Source of the DNA: a virus
Virus record (IMG/VR): IMGVR_UViG_3300037465_000480
DNA: 64,000 nt
Strand: one strand, 5' to 3'
Under the pieces are notes generated by a model, which saw only the letters and a program-made list of their open reading frames with translations, was not told the DNA's origin and did not search any database. Each line of letters begins with the position of its first letter. The first letter of the stretch is position 1. Positions 46,421 through 58,130 of this stretch are shown piece after piece. The position numbers were made by a program, and so were the translations under genes.

Positions 46421-47897
46421 AGTCGCCATTTTAGATGCCAATACTACCGGCGATGATACCACAGAAATGACTATTCACCTAACAAACAGTATGGTTGCCA
46501 ATTGGTTGGCTTGGGAATTCGACAGCCGCAACGTCCCTATTTCTACGGATTATGCCACTAGCGACATCCTGTTTTTGGTCTACGCTGGGGCTGTCGATTG
46601 GCTGCCTGCCGTAAAACGCTTTTTGAAAAAACATGCTATCCCTAGTAGCCCTTCAGCCCGTAACCGGAAACCTTACATTATTACGGGGGGAGCTATAGAC
46701 GTTGCTCCTTTTGTCGCCTTGAGCGTTGTTGACGCCTTAGCTGTAGGAGAGGCTTACCACTTTATCCGTTCCCTGATAGACCTATTAGAAAACGACAGTA
46801 GCCTAGAGGATATTCGGGGATGGATTGTGGATTATCCCCATGCTATTGAACAAAGCCAGCTTTCCCCTTTAGCAGAAGACCCTGATTATCCTTATCTGTT
46901 GGCGTCGCCGCCCCCCAAGTTGGCATCCCCCGATGATTGGGTAGACTGGGAAGGGCAACCTTTAATCCGCAACGATGACAAGGTGGTGCGAATTGTGGCT
47001 GCCAAAGGGTGCCATTTGCGCTGTAAATTTTGCGCGACCACTTACCGCCAAACCTACCGCATTCATCCTCGGCAAGGCATGTTAGCCAAACAAGTGGAAG
47101 CCCTTAATGAGGCGGGAGAGCGCGTGAGCCTCATTACCAATGATGTTGGGGTGCTGCCCGCGCTCCATTTATTAGCTAACAAAGCGCAGCTGGATAGTCA
47201 GAGCTTGACCATTAAATCAGTCAGAGACCCTGAAAACTTAGAGGCGATTATTGAAGCGAATACCAAGATTATTCGTTTTGGGGTAGAGGGCGTTTCCGAA
47301 CGTGTCCGACAGGCTTTTGGCAAACCTATAGACGATGCCGAGCTAATTGACATCTTGGCTTATATCCATTCGCGACGCCGCAATAGCCAATTGTTTTTTA
47401 TTGTCGGTAGCCCTTACGAAACCCGTGAGGATTGGGTAGCGCATGAGCGGTTTGTGCGTGCTCTTTTCAAACGGGTTGAATGGGGCGTCCTCAAGTTTAA
47501 GTACACGGCTTTTCAGCCTAACCCGCCGACCCCCTTAGCGAGGTTTTTGCCCGCCCGACAATACTACCGCAATATGGGGAAATTCAAAGATGACTATCTC
47601 AATGATTTTGTCAGCAGACATGGCCTCCTTATTTGGGCACGTAAACCCGATAACCTCATAGATACCTTGGCTGACGTGTACCACGTCCCGCGTGCTTATT
47701 TTCGCGAACTCTATCACGATGAGGAAACCATAGACTTATTGCCTACTGTCGATATGGCACGGCGGGCGAAGTGGGAAGTAATCGACTGGCACTTAAGCCC
47801 TGATAAGCGATGGAACCTGGGGAATTCCTACGCCCGCACAATGGGGGCAATGGAACGCGCTCAACCTCAGTATGGGCTTGAAAAGTTAGAGGCTTGA
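46413..47897 (+). CDS. Radical SAM enzyme (second pass)
   Basis: Identical to 1101-2585. Confidence 0.85.
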   Translation: MLKVAILDANTTGDDTTEMTIHLTNSMVANWLAWEFDSRNVPISTDYATSDILFLVYAGAVDWLPAVKRFLKKHAIPSSPSARNRKPYIITGGAIDVAPFVALSVVDALAVGEAYHFIRSLIDLLENDSSLEDIRGWIVDYPHAIEQSQLSPLAEDPDYPYLLASPPPKLASPDDWVDWEGQPLIRNDDKVVRIVAAKGCHLRCKFCATTYRQTYRIHPRQGMLAKQVEALNEAGERVSLITNDVGVLPALHLLANKAQLDSQSLTIKSVRDPENLEAIIEANTKIIRFGVEGVSERVRQAFGKPIDDAELIDILAYIHSRRRNSQLFFIVGSPYETREDWVAHERFVRALFKRVEWGVLKFKYTAFQPNPPTPLARFLPARQYYRNMGKFKDDYLNDFVSRHGLLIWARKPDNLIDTLADVYHVPRAYFRELYHDEETIDLLPTVDMARRAKWEVIDWHLSPDKRWNLGNSYARTMGAMERAQPQYGLEKLEA

Positions 47898-47899
47898 TC

Positions 47900-48442
47900 A
47901 TGGCAGCACCCCGAACGCAGGCACTTAAAGAATATCACCGAACCCAAATCGCCCAATTTTACCTGAAACAATATACTCAGGCAGAAATGGCGGATATGTT
48001 GGGTATCAGTATTCAGACCGTTAATGCTGACCTCAAAGCAGTTCGGCATATGTGGGCTGAAAGTGCCATCTTCGATATGAACGAGGCAAAACAACGGGAG
48101 CTGGCACGAATAGACCAATTAGAACGCGAATACTGGCGGGCTTGGGAAGAAAGCCAAAAAGAACAAACCACTGCAAAAACCAGGGGGCGGATTGAGACGG
48201 AAGAAAGCGATGGGGACACCTACACTATCCCTGAGGCTTACGAAACCCAGCGGCAGCCCAGGTTGGGCGACCCCCGCTATCTGCAAGGCGTCCAATGGTG
48301 TATTCAGCAACGCTGTAAAATCTTGGGTATTGAGGCTCCGACTCGACAGGACATTACGTCAGGCAATCATCCCCTGTTTGATTTAGCCTCGTTATCAGAA
48401 AGTCAACTAGAGGCTTTAGCCAGAGGGTTGCAAGACGGATGA
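47900..48442 (+). CDS. terS: Terminase small subunit (second pass)
   Basis: Identical to 2588-3130. Confidence 0.75.
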   Translation: MAAPRTQALKEYHRTQIAQFYLKQYTQAEMADMLGISIQTVNADLKAVRHMWAESAIFDMNEAKQRELARIDQLEREYWRAWEESQKEQTTAKTRGRIETEESDGDTYTIPEAYETQRQPRLGDPRYLQGVQWCIQQRCKILGIEAPTRQDITSGNHPLFDLASLSESQLEALARGLQDG

Positions 48443-49854
48443 TTGCGCCAGGCAGCCGCAGCCTGCTAAAAAAAAGGGTCTCCCAAGAGTTAGCCTGGCG
48501 GCAGTATCAAAAAGACGTTTTCCTTTTTGTCGACGACTGTTGCCAAATTTACGATAACCTCGCCCAAACCTGGATACCCTTTGTCCTCTGGGATTTTCAA
48601 AAAGAGGCTTTAGCCACCATCCAAGATAACCGCCTGGTGGTTTGTCTCAAGGCTCGCCAGGTAGGGTTAAGTTGGTTGGTTGTCGCCTATCTCCTACACG
48701 AATGCTTGTTTTCCCCTATTCAAGATATTCTCATTTTTTCCAGGCGCGAAACCGAAAGCATCCACTTGCTACAGGAACGGCTTATTGCTATGTATCATCA
48801 TTTGCCTTATTGGGTCAGGCAGCGCGTGAGCATCGCCCAGCAAAATCAAACCTATCTCAAATTGAACAATGGCTCGGTAGTCAGGGCTTTCCCAACGGGG
48901 GTAGGCGATACCTATACAGCCACCATTGCTTTTGTGGATGAGGCTGACCTTGCTCCCGATATTGACGTTACCATTGCCAGCGTCAAGCCAACAATTGATG
49001 CTGGGGGGCAACTGATTTTGCTAGGGAGGGTTAACAAAAGAAAGCCTGGGAGTCCCTTCAAGCAGATTTTCCAGTCTGCCAGCTTGGGCGAAAATGGTTA
49101 TGCCCCGCTCTTTATCCCTTGGCATAGCCACCCCCTAAGGACGGCAGCCTGGTATGACAAGATCAAGCAGGAAGCTATCAATTTAGATGACGTGTACGAA
49201 CACTACCCCAGCACGCCAGAAGAAGCCTTATTGCCAGCCAGTACTGGAAGGGTTTATCCTGAGTTTTCTATATCAGGAAATGTTTCCCCTGAGGTAGCTT
49301 ACGCCCCTGCTTATGAAGTGGAATGGTGGTGTGACGATGGCTATACCAATCCGTTGGTCATCTTGTTTGCCCAACGGCGACATTGGCAGGGGCAGCCCGA
49401 CTGCTTGGTTATCTTTGACGAAATTTATATTACCCGCACTGACCATGACGAGGCTATTCGGTTAGCCTTGCAAAAGCCCTATGCCCCCCCTAGTGTCATC
49501 TGGTGTGACCCATCAGCCACGCGGCTAATCTCCCGATTTACCCATGTTCGTAATTATGGTATGCTGGATTATGGTATCAAGCCATTTTCAGCCAGAGTTA
49601 ACGCAGCCGTTAATAAAGTGGCTGACGGCATCAAAGCAGTGAGATCAAGTATTGGCAGTGAACGGACGCCACGACGCCTAATCATTTCTACCCGCTGCCA
49701 AAATGTTATTAGGGAAATGAGCCAATACATGTTGTCCGAACATGGCACCCTTGGGGGAGACCCGCAGCCTATCAAAGAAAACGACCATACCTGTGATGCT
49801 ATTCGTTATGGTCATACCCCTAACTTGTATAAGGACGGGTGGTTAAGTGAGTAA
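48439..49854 (+). CDS. terL: Terminase large subunit (second pass)
   Basis: Identical to 3127-4542. Confidence 0.92.
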   Translation: MIAPGSRSLLKKRVSQELAWRQYQKDVFLFVDDCCQIYDNLAQTWIPFVLWDFQKEALATIQDNRLVVCLKARQVGLSWLVVAYLLHECLFSPIQDILIFSRRETESIHLLQERLIAMYHHLPYWVRQRVSIAQQNQTYLKLNNGSVVRAFPTGVGDTYTATIAFVDEADLAPDIDVTIASVKPTIDAGGQLILLGRVNKRKPGSPFKQIFQSASLGENGYAPLFIPWHSHPLRTAAWYDKIKQEAINLDDVYEHYPSTPEEALLPASTGRVYPEFSISGNVSPEVAYAPAYEVEWWCDDGYTNPLVILFAQRRHWQGQPDCLVIFDEIYITRTDHDEAIRLALQKPYAPPSVIWCDPSATRLISRFTHVRNYGMLDYGIKPFSARVNAAVNKVADGIKAVRSSIGSERTPRRLIISTRCQNVIREMSQYMLSEHGTLGGDPQPIKENDHTCDAIRYGHTPNLYKDGWLSE

Positions 49855-51847
49855 CGGCAACAGAACCATTCCGCCCACCCCTATTCCCGAAATTGCGGCT
49901 ATTGAAACGATACAACAGCCAGGGGTGATTGATTCTCCTTTAGCCATGGGGGCGGGCAGCCCTATAGATGGGTGGTTACTGGCTTATGACCCGAACCGCT
50001 TGTCTTTGCCCCCTTGGTGGTCTAAAGGAAGAGACCGCGTACTGCGTCAATATGTGAGAAGTTCCCTTATCCTTAGCAGTGTTGTGTATCAACGGGCGGC
50101 AGTCAATAAAAATACGGGCTGGCGCATTGAAGTGAAAAATGACCAAGCGGAACCGAGTCTTGACCACTATACAGCCCTCATTCAAAATGCGCAATTTGGT
50201 GAGGGGTTTCGTGCTTTTATTGAACTGGTTACTCAGGATTTACTTTGCCAAGATAACGGCGCATTTATAGAACTGATTGGCGAGGGCGAAGAGCAAGCCT
50301 ATAGTTATGGGGGGCAAACGTTCCGCGCCTTAGGGTGGCTCCCTAAGGAACGCATTATTGGTTTTGCCCATATCGACTCCGCCCAGGTTTGGCGAACCAA
50401 TAATCGAGAATTCCCTTTTGTGTATACCAACCCCTGGAATGGCAAATTTACCATTCTGCATTGGTCGCGCATGATAGGGCTGTCCCAACTGACCCAACCT
50501 ATCCAGCGAGGGCGGGGTATTGGACTGTGTGCTGCCAGCAGGGCTTTTGCTGCTTTGGAAATCATGGAGACCAGTAATCAATATGTGACCGAAAAAATGA
50601 CAGGGCAATCCCCCGAAATTGCGATTGCTAAAGGGGTGGCAATTGAAGCTATCCGTGCTGCCTTAAAAGACAATGCTATAGAACGGGACGCTCGCGGGAT
50701 GGTTCGCTATAAAGGCATTGCCTTTGTCGAAGGCGACCATTTGCCCAGCGGCGACCCCAGCATTCAGATTGTCGGCATAAAAAACACACCTGACGGGTGG
50801 GAACGTGAAAAGGAAATGACACTGTCCATCTATATGATCGCGATGGCATTTGCGACTGACGTAAGGGACTTGGGGTGGGCTGCACAGTATGCAGGAGACA
50901 CAAAAGCTGACGCCGAAGTGCAAGATCAAAAAACGGCTAATCGCGGGCGGGCTGACATCATGCGTGATCTGGCTGATGTTATCACGCGCCGTATTCTCCC
51001 CCCAGGGCTGGCTTTTGAATTCGATGAACAGGATGATTTAGCCGACCGCCACAAAGCAGAAATTGAACATATCAGGGCGCAAACCCGCAGCCTGCGCATT
51101 ACCAGCGGGGAAATTACCCCTCATGAGGCGCGAGAAATTGCAGCCAAAACGGGCGACCTCGATCAGCGTTATTTGGCTAGCCATGTGGTGAGCGATGAAA
51201 GCAGTAATCCCCTTGTGGAATTACCAGAGGAGAAAGCCACTTCTTTTAGCAGCCTACACCATCAATTCATGGTCAAGTTCAGAGCAGCTTTAAATCGGTA
51301 TCGCAAGACGGGGAATTTTGCTACCTTGCTAAACGAATGTCGCCCCCTCATCAATAACTATGGCACACGGGCTTTTTTGCAAGGCGTTAATGATGGGGGA
51401 GCCAGAGGAGCCAAGCTGTCTGACTTGACAGCCGAAGAGCTTGGCAAAATGCAGAGCCTTATTCAGCAACAAATAGACTACTTAAATAATCTAAGAGGGC
51501 TAGAAATTGATAGTCGCGCTGTTGCCAGCGAACGCGCCGAATTGTGGGCCAACAAGGGGTTAGACCATATCTACTTTTCTGGTATGTTGGCAGGTAATCA
51601 AAACGCCAATTTAGAATGGTTCTTAGGAGCCACAGAAAAGCACTGTCGAGATTGTCTCAAATACGCTGGGCGCGTGTACCGTGCTAAGACGTGGGAAAAG
51701 CATAAGATTGTGCCACGATCAGGCTTGCTAGAATGTAAGGGGTATCGTTGCGACTGTCGCTTTGAACGCAGTGATAAGCCCCTTAATCGGGGTAGACCAC
51801 CTTCCCCCAGTGGCGCGAAAAAAGGACAGCACCACCATGAGCATTAG
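49847..51847 (+). CDS. Portal-MuF fusion (second pass)
   Basis: Identical to 4535-6535. Confidence 0.78.
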   Translation: MSNGNRTIPPTPIPEIAAIETIQQPGVIDSPLAMGAGSPIDGWLLAYDPNRLSLPPWWSKGRDRVLRQYVRSSLILSSVVYQRAAVNKNTGWRIEVKNDQAEPSLDHYTALIQNAQFGEGFRAFIELVTQDLLCQDNGAFIELIGEGEEQAYSYGGQTFRALGWLPKERIIGFAHIDSAQVWRTNNREFPFVYTNPWNGKFTILHWSRMIGLSQLTQPIQRGRGIGLCAASRAFAALEIMETSNQYVTEKMTGQSPEIAIAKGVAIEAIRAALKDNAIERDARGMVRYKGIAFVEGDHLPSGDPSIQIVGIKNTPDGWEREKEMTLSIYMIAMAFATDVRDLGWAAQYAGDTKADAEVQDQKTANRGRADIMRDLADVITRRILPPGLAFEFDEQDDLADRHKAEIEHIRAQTRSLRITSGEITPHEAREIAAKTGDLDQRYLASHVVSDESSNPLVELPEEKATSFSSLHHQFMVKFRAALNRYRKTGNFATLLNECRPLINNYGTRAFLQGVNDGGARGAKLSDLTAEELGKMQSLIQQQIDYLNNLRGLEIDSRAVASERAELWANKGLDHIYFSGMLAGNQNANLEWFLGATEKHCRDCLKYAGRVYRAKTWEKHKIVPRSGLLECKGYRCDCRFERSDKPLNRGRPPSPSGAKKGQHHHEH

Positions 51848-52334
51848 AGTCGTTGTAAAAAAAATAGGTAGACCACGCAAAAAACCTGCTAATGCTCCTG
51901 CCCTCATACAAGCAGCCTTAGATAAAGAGGCAGAGGCTGTCAAAAAGGACTTGGCTAGCCCCACCAAAACATGGGCACGAAAACCTTTATTTGTGGTTCG
52001 GAGAAAAAGGAAATATACATTTGAAGTAACCACTGGTGATTTTATTTATGGTCTCCTTGACCAAGGAACGGTACCGCATATCATCGCAGCCAAAAACGCG
52101 CCCACCCTCGCTTTCAATACGCGCCCTAAATTTTCACCTAAAACCACCCCCCACAGCTTGCGGGCTAAAAAAGGAAAGAAACCAGTATCCTCCCCCGTTT
52201 TTCCTCTGGCAGTATACCACCCTGGTACTGAAGCTAGAGAATGGGTTGTCTTGGCAAATGAGAGAAGTCGTATTAGACTAAAGAAAGCAATGGATAAAAT
52301 AGCGTCAAAATTAGCCAAGGGAAAAGCCTCATGA
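51837..52334 (+). CDS. Neck-like virion protein (second pass)
   Basis: Identical to 6525-7022. Confidence 0.45.
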   Translation: MSIRVVVKKIGRPRKKPANAPALIQAALDKEAEAVKKDLASPTKTWARKPLFVVRRKRKYTFEVTTGDFIYGLLDQGTVPHIIAAKNAPTLAFNTRPKFSPKTTPHSLRAKKGKKPVSSPVFPLAVYHPGTEAREWVVLANERSRIRLKKAMDKIASKLAKGKAS

Positions 52335-53551
52335 GCCAGACCAAAGACAGACAAGCTATTTACGAAATGATTTTGATAGATACTGGCGACCCTGATTTAG
52401 CCAAGGCGGTGGCGGATGTTTATCAAAAGGCAACCATGCCCAGCAGCTTACTAGAGCGGTTCCGTGCCTTCCTCATGGGCGAAACATCCCCATTGCCCCA
52501 ACAAGGGTTTCGGTTATTGGACGATGAAAACAAAACGTTTGTGGCTTGGTACAGCAACACCTACCAGGATATGGAGAGGGAATTTTTAGCGCGAGCAGGC
52601 TTTGAAAACGACATCGCTTTCATGGATGCCACAGGCGAATACCCTGACTTGATTTTCTTTCATCTTGACTCAGCTATTTTGGGGAAGGCTTATGGCGTTT
52701 TCCTGATTGGTAATTTTGTAGTGGCTGTAGGAGAAATTGACACCCCATTAGGGTTAGCTTTATATGATAAAATCAAAGGTGAACAATGGGAAATGTCGCA
52801 CGGGTTTTTCTATGACCCCGAAACGTTTGATGGGGAAACCTATCATGATTTTCACACCTTTGAGATTAGCATTTTACCGCCAGGCACAGCCGCTAACCCG
52901 TTAACGGCTTTTGACTTGCCATATCGGGCAATAGAGGAAGATACAGACATGAGTAAATCACGCGTAAATCCTAAAGCGGTTGCCCGATTGCGGCAGCTTT
53001 TGGAAGGCACCGCCATTACCGTAGAAGAAGTGCTAGCCACAGGGTTAGCAGCCACAGAAGAGGCAGACCTGCGAGGCTTAGCTAGTCGACAGCGAACCGC
53101 AGCCCTACCGACCCGCCGTAAGCCTGAGATGCCGATGGCGGCTGACGGCGAGGAAATGCTTTCTGTGGAAATTTTGCTAGAACGGATCGTCGCTTTGGAA
53201 GAGGCTGTTCAAAGCATCTTGGCTGCTCTACCTACAGAACCCATAGCAGAAGAGGAAGAGGCTTTGCCTGCCGAAGACGAAAACCCAGCTTCTGTTTCTG
53301 AGGAGACCTTGCGTGCCTTAGGGGAAACGATTACCGCGCAGCTGGGCAAAAGCCTGATTGACTACCTCGATAATCGTCTCGCACAAGTCGGCATTTTGCC
53401 TAATCAACAAAGAGGCGGATTGCATCGCGGGGCTGATTTGAGAGAGGCGTTTGACGATTACCAGGGGCAAGGGGCGAGCGAAGAGCAGGTGCTTTCTCCT
53501 TTAGAGCAAACCAGCCGTGCTATTGCGCAACGGCTACGGCATGACAGTTAA
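52331..53551 (+). CDS. Prohead protease/scaffold (second pass)
   Basis: Identical to 7019-8239. Confidence 0.78.
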   Translation: MSQTKDRQAIYEMILIDTGDPDLAKAVADVYQKATMPSSLLERFRAFLMGETSPLPQQGFRLLDDENKTFVAWYSNTYQDMEREFLARAGFENDIAFMDATGEYPDLIFFHLDSAILGKAYGVFLIGNFVVAVGEIDTPLGLALYDKIKGEQWEMSHGFFYDPETFDGETYHDFHTFEISILPPGTAANPLTAFDLPYRAIEEDTDMSKSRVNPKAVARLRQLLEGTAITVEEVLATGLAATEEADLRGLASRQRTAALPTRRKPEMPMAADGEEMLSVEILLERIVALEEAVQSILAALPTEPIAEEEEALPAEDENPASVSEETLRALGETITAQLGKSLIDYLDNRLAQVGILPNQQRGGLHRGADLREAFDDYQGQGASEEQVLSPLEQTSRAIAQRLRHDS

Positions 53552-53583
53552 GTTAGCCAGAAAGCGTTAGGAGGCGTCAGACT

Positions 53584-55188
53584 ATGCTAACTCATTTAGG
53601 ACTAGACTATATCAATCTCATCCGGCAAAAGGAACTTGATTTAGACGCCGCGTTAAGCCACGCCGCCCAGCAAGGCTATGGTAATAATCAAGTGCTTTTG
53701 CGCCAGCACCGTCGGGGGGGATTAGCCATCGGCTATCGCAATGATCCCCCGCTTAACCCCCAATTGCCCTATATTCATGGGGCAGGTGGGTTGCTCTCTA
53801 ACCCTGGACAAAACCCCGCCATTTTTTCAGGGGTCGTACAGGCTGTCCCTGGGATGGCAACTTTCCTGCCCATCCTGCCCGATGTGGTCTTTTCCGATGA
53901 CTACGGGGGCAACGACCAACTTTTTATCACCGCTGTTACAGGAGTGACAGCAGGCGATGATAGCTGGACCAATCAACCCGATGCCGTTTGTGCTGACGCG
54001 CCTATTGCAGGGGTCATGAAAATGTGTACCCTCACCGCTCCTTATGGGCGGTTTAGCAAAGCCACCCGCGAAATTGACCGTAAACGGATTGGCAGACTCA
54101 CCAACCGAGGCGAAGCTACCGATTATGCCTTGCAAAATGCGCCTATGGCGGATGACCCCTTTACCCCCTCTCTTGTGCCACGTGGCACAGGCGATTGGCT
54201 CAACCGCGAACTACAGGTGCGTTTCTTTGAGGCAGCGATGGGGTTTCAGCGGATGATTATCCCTCTGGCTTACTCAGGCAACCCCAGCAATAACAAAGCA
54301 GGGGGTGGCAGCCGCCAGTTTTCAGGTTTTGACTTGCTGTACAACACAGGCAAAGTAGACGGGTTTACCTCGGTTCCCTGCCCTGGGATGGACAGCCTGG
54401 TAGTAAGTATGGGGTCAGTGAATGTGAATGAGGCTGATGCCAACGGGTTGTTTTTCTATGACCACTTAGAAGGGGTCATGCGCTACCTGCGTAGCTTAGC
54501 CAGAAAAACGGGGCTAGACCCTGTTGAGTGGGTCATTTCGATGAGGGAAGATTTGTTTTACACCCTCACTGACTTGCTGCCTGTTCAGCAATATATCAAA
54601 CTCATTTCGACTGTCAACACCATCAATAATGGCGATTATGGCGGTCAATTGAATTTAGCAGGGGCAGATGTTCAGGCCCTCCGCTACGAAATGCGCAATA
54701 ACTACAGGCTGCCTATTGACGGATTACCTGTGCAAGTGATTGTGGACGATGGCATCGCCGAGACTGCGGGGTCTCCTGCCAGCGAATATGTGAGCGATGT
54801 CTACATTCATGCCGTCAGTGTCTTAGGTGGTGTGCCAACCTTGTATTGGCAATTCTTCAACTTTGCCAATGGGCAGGGCGAAGAATTCGATAGCTTGGTC
54901 GGAAACGATAAATCGTTTACTACTGACGGCGGGCGGTTCTATTGGTCAAGCAACTTCAAAAACGGCTGCCTGCAAATGCAGTGGACGACCGAACCGCGTT
55001 TAGTCCAGCATGTGCCTTTCCTCTGTGCACGGCTCGATAATGTGGCGTATAAACCGACTATCCATACCCGTAGTCCGTTCCCCGCTGACGGCAACTTCTA
55101 CAATGGTGGACGAACGAACGGTTCTATGGGGCGGTTCTATCCTGATTGGTCGCCTTCGACAGGCGTTAACTTGCCAGTTATCAAATAA
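53584..55188 (+). CDS. Major capsid protein (second pass)
   Basis: Identical to 8272-9876. Confidence 0.75.
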   Translation: MLTHLGLDYINLIRQKELDLDAALSHAAQQGYGNNQVLLRQHRRGGLAIGYRNDPPLNPQLPYIHGAGGLLSNPGQNPAIFSGVVQAVPGMATFLPILPDVVFSDDYGGNDQLFITAVTGVTAGDDSWTNQPDAVCADAPIAGVMKMCTLTAPYGRFSKATREIDRKRIGRLTNRGEATDYALQNAPMADDPFTPSLVPRGTGDWLNRELQVRFFEAAMGFQRMIIPLAYSGNPSNNKAGGGSRQFSGFDLLYNTGKVDGFTSVPCPGMDSLVVSMGSVNVNEADANGLFFYDHLEGVMRYLRSLARKTGLDPVEWVISMREDLFYTLTDLLPVQQYIKLISTVNTINNGDYGGQLNLAGADVQALRYEMRNNYRLPIDGLPVQVIVDDGIAETAGSPASEYVSDVYIHAVSVLGGVPTLYWQFFNFANGQGEEFDSLVGNDKSFTTDGGRFYWSSNFKNGCLQMQWTTEPRLVQHVPFLCARLDNVAYKPTIHTRSPFPADGNFYNGGRTNGSMGRFYPDWSPSTGVNLPVIK

Positions 55189-56082
55189 GCTGGTTAGTGG
55201 TTATCTGGCGGCAAAAGAGCCGCCAGATTTTCTGAAAGGCAACTCACATGGCAAGCAAGCCAATGATCATGGGCAGCCCAATTTCCTATCTGGCTTTCTC
55301 GCGTTATACATCCTTGGGAACCGCCCAAACGCTAACGCCTCCCTCTGCTGCGGATGGGGTGCTGATGCAAGCCGTTACCCAAAATGTCGTTTTTTCGATT
55401 GGGTCAACAGCCACCGCCACCAATGGTTTTATTTTGCTGGCTGGAGCCGAGCCGACCCTCGTGACTTTCCCATCAGGAACCCCTCTTAGTGTTATCCAGC
55501 AAGCGGCAGGTGCTGAGCTGCGTATTCAGTGGATAAAACTATAAACCATGCCAAAAAGGCTTGATAGGTCAGCCGCTAGGTTGCGCCACCCCTCTACGAA
55601 CCGTTTGGGGATAGGGTCTTCTTTCAGGCACGCGCTATGATAGCCAAGGGAGCCACCATCTGACCGATAACAACACCGTGGGCAACGCGCCAGGCAAGAA
55701 AGCTAACGCGGCTGACTTTATCCGAGCGAATTCGGAATTTTTAAGCAGCGCTGACAATACCGACCTAAGCACGGGGGACAGTGATTTTACCTTCATAGCG
55801 TGGGGACGTTCTGAAAGTCCAGCAATAGGCGTGGTGGCGGGGAGATTGGACAAATGGACTGCGATATGTCCAAAGCGTTAGATGATGCCTTAGACCGTGT
55901 AACCGAATTGTCCGATTATGGCATTCCTCTACCTGTGCTGCCTCATTCCCTTGCTGATGATCGTTAGCATCCTCAACGAAATGAAACGTATGCTATCTGT
56001 ATTCTAGCCTGTTGCCTCTTGTTTCCTAACCATACACTAGTGTATACTACACTAAAGATAAGGAGATAAAGGAGTATCCGTT

Positions 56083-56633
56083 ATGTTCGGTAACGATCCC
56101 CGTATTCGATTAATGTGCTGGCTCGATAAGCGTAAGCCAGTAGACCAGCAATTAATCCAGTCCATCCCTGACTTAAAAAAAAACGCCTTTTCACGTCTTC
56201 TATCCGCGATGGGCTAAGGCTTATCCTGGATTTGCGCAATGGCAATATTGACGTGTTGCTTGAATTGTTTCCCTGGGTAAAAGAGATATTGGGCAGCAAA
56301 TCTGACCACGCCCCGAACACAGATAGCGGGCAAAGAGGAAACCCCTTGCCTAGCGATGAAACCTTACAAGCTATGTTGGATAGATTAGAGCATTTGATTA
56401 TGAAAAGTCAAACAGGGTTGCCAGCCGCCCCAGTCCCTAAAAGGATAACGGGTGCTGACAGGACGCTAAGCGATTCCCTGCCCTTGGATGAGGATGATTT
56501 GTTGGCATCTATAGATATGAAAGCCGATAAGGACGCTGGCAAACGTGCCAGTGAAAATCTGCTCAAAAGTCTCATCGCTCTCCAACAGATGCCTACTAGC
56601 ACCCCCAGAGAGAAACTCGGGAGTCGCGCCTAA
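56083..56633 (+). CDS. A9-split hypothetical gene (second pass)
   Basis: Same A9 tract as the first copy. Confidence 0.6.
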
Positions 56634-56652
56634 GCTATGCCACAGAGAGATA

Positions 56653-56716
56653 TTAAAACTAGAAACTCGCACATTGTTATATTATATAATATAATATATG
56701 AATGTGCTAGTTTTTT
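56653..56716 (+). repeat. Palindromic element copy 2 (second pass)
   Basis: Equals 11341-11404 +45312. Confidence 0.85.
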
Positions 56717-56725
56717 AATTCACAA

Positions 56726-57541
56726 ATGGAAAAGGGTATCATGCACAGCAACCCGTTAGCGATTTCCTTGATTACCTACAATCGCCCCGATGCCTTCCTC
56801 AGGGTCGTGCATTCGATAGAACAGTTTGTGTATTATGAAAAACGGCTTATCACTTGGGTTATTGGGGACGATGGGTCAGACAGTCCTTATGTCAGTGATT
56901 GGGCGGCTACTCATCCCCATCTCAATACCGTGCTCTTGAAACACCATCGCCTAGGGATGCCTGGCAATTGGAATAGGACACTTGCGGAAGCGCATTCCTA
57001 CGCCGATTACGTGCTGGCTTGTCAAGACGATTGGTTGTTTACTTGTCCTGTTGATTTACATCTGGCTATAGCCTTTTTAGAAGATAATCCCGAATACGGG
57101 ATGGTTCGTTATCATAAGCTCGGCGGTCATGTAGGCTTGGTTGGCGTTATCAAGCAATGGAATACACACCACAGATGGCAAGGGAAATATAGCGACACGC
57201 CTTTTGACTATGACCCTGCATTGGTGACTTTTTGGGAACTCCTCCCCCCCTTTGGCGACAGCAACACCTATAGCCCTTACAGTGGGGGCGTCCATTTGAG
57301 AACCAAGCGGTTCACGCAGTTTTATGGCGATTATCCAGAGGGGGAAAAATTCAGCTTAGCAGAAATGGAGCATTTTCGCAGGGTGAATACGTCTTTGCGG
57401 GAAAACCTCAATATCGCCCCGCGTGTAGCGATGTTTCCTTATTTCGTTCTCAGCCGTTTTCAAGACATCAGCGGGGGAAGTTACCGCGATACGTCTATAG
57501 AAAGTGAGACGCTATATGTTGAAAAAAATCAATCAGCATAA
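56726..57541 (+). CDS. GT2 glycosyltransferase (second pass)
   Basis: Identical to 11414-12229. Confidence 0.82.
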   Translation: MEKGIMHSNPLAISLITYNRPDAFLRVVHSIEQFVYYEKRLITWVIGDDGSDSPYVSDWAATHPHLNTVLLKHHRLGMPGNWNRTLAEAHSYADYVLACQDDWLFTCPVDLHLAIAFLEDNPEYGMVRYHKLGGHVGLVGVIKQWNTHHRWQGKYSDTPFDYDPALVTFWELLPPFGDSNTYSPYSGGVHLRTKRFTQFYGDYPEGEKFSLAEMEHFRRVNTSLRENLNIAPRVAMFPYFVLSRFQDISGGSYRDTSIESETLYVEKNQSA

Positions 57542-58130
57542 CCTGGACTGGCTAAGGATAGGAATAGCTATTTTCCCCGTTTTGCTTATCTTAAGTTGGG
57601 TAGGCTGGCAAGCCATTGGCACACTAGGGCTGTGCTTAGTGCCTATAGCATCTTTAGCCTTTCCCTTATGGTTTATGGTAATCCTGCCGCGTTAGGGGCT
57701 GTCATGAATATGAAAAATGGATACCCTTAGGAGTGGTGGTGTTTTGTCTGCTCGGTATAGCCTTTAGAGGTTATCAACGCGGGGGGATACTACACGCCAT
57801 TTTACCGCCTATGGTTTCTTTGATGACACCTATTATCTTAAAGGTGTTTGTCCTGAGGGGATTGTAAAAGGGAGACCCTATGAGCCAAGAGAAAATACCC
57901 GTTTACCTACTGCAAAAAGATTTTGTCGATCAAAGTGTCGGCATCTATATCAATTTGGCAGACGCCCAACAAGCCGCCGAACAAGATAACCAGGCTTTTT
58001 TAAACTGGATCAGGAGCGAACACGGGAGAAAGTGGACAGCTTATGCTAAGCACAGCACTGCCCGCTATATCATAGAAGAAATTTGGATCGATTGGGCTTA
58101 TTTACAGTGGGACATTGGGAAAGCGACACC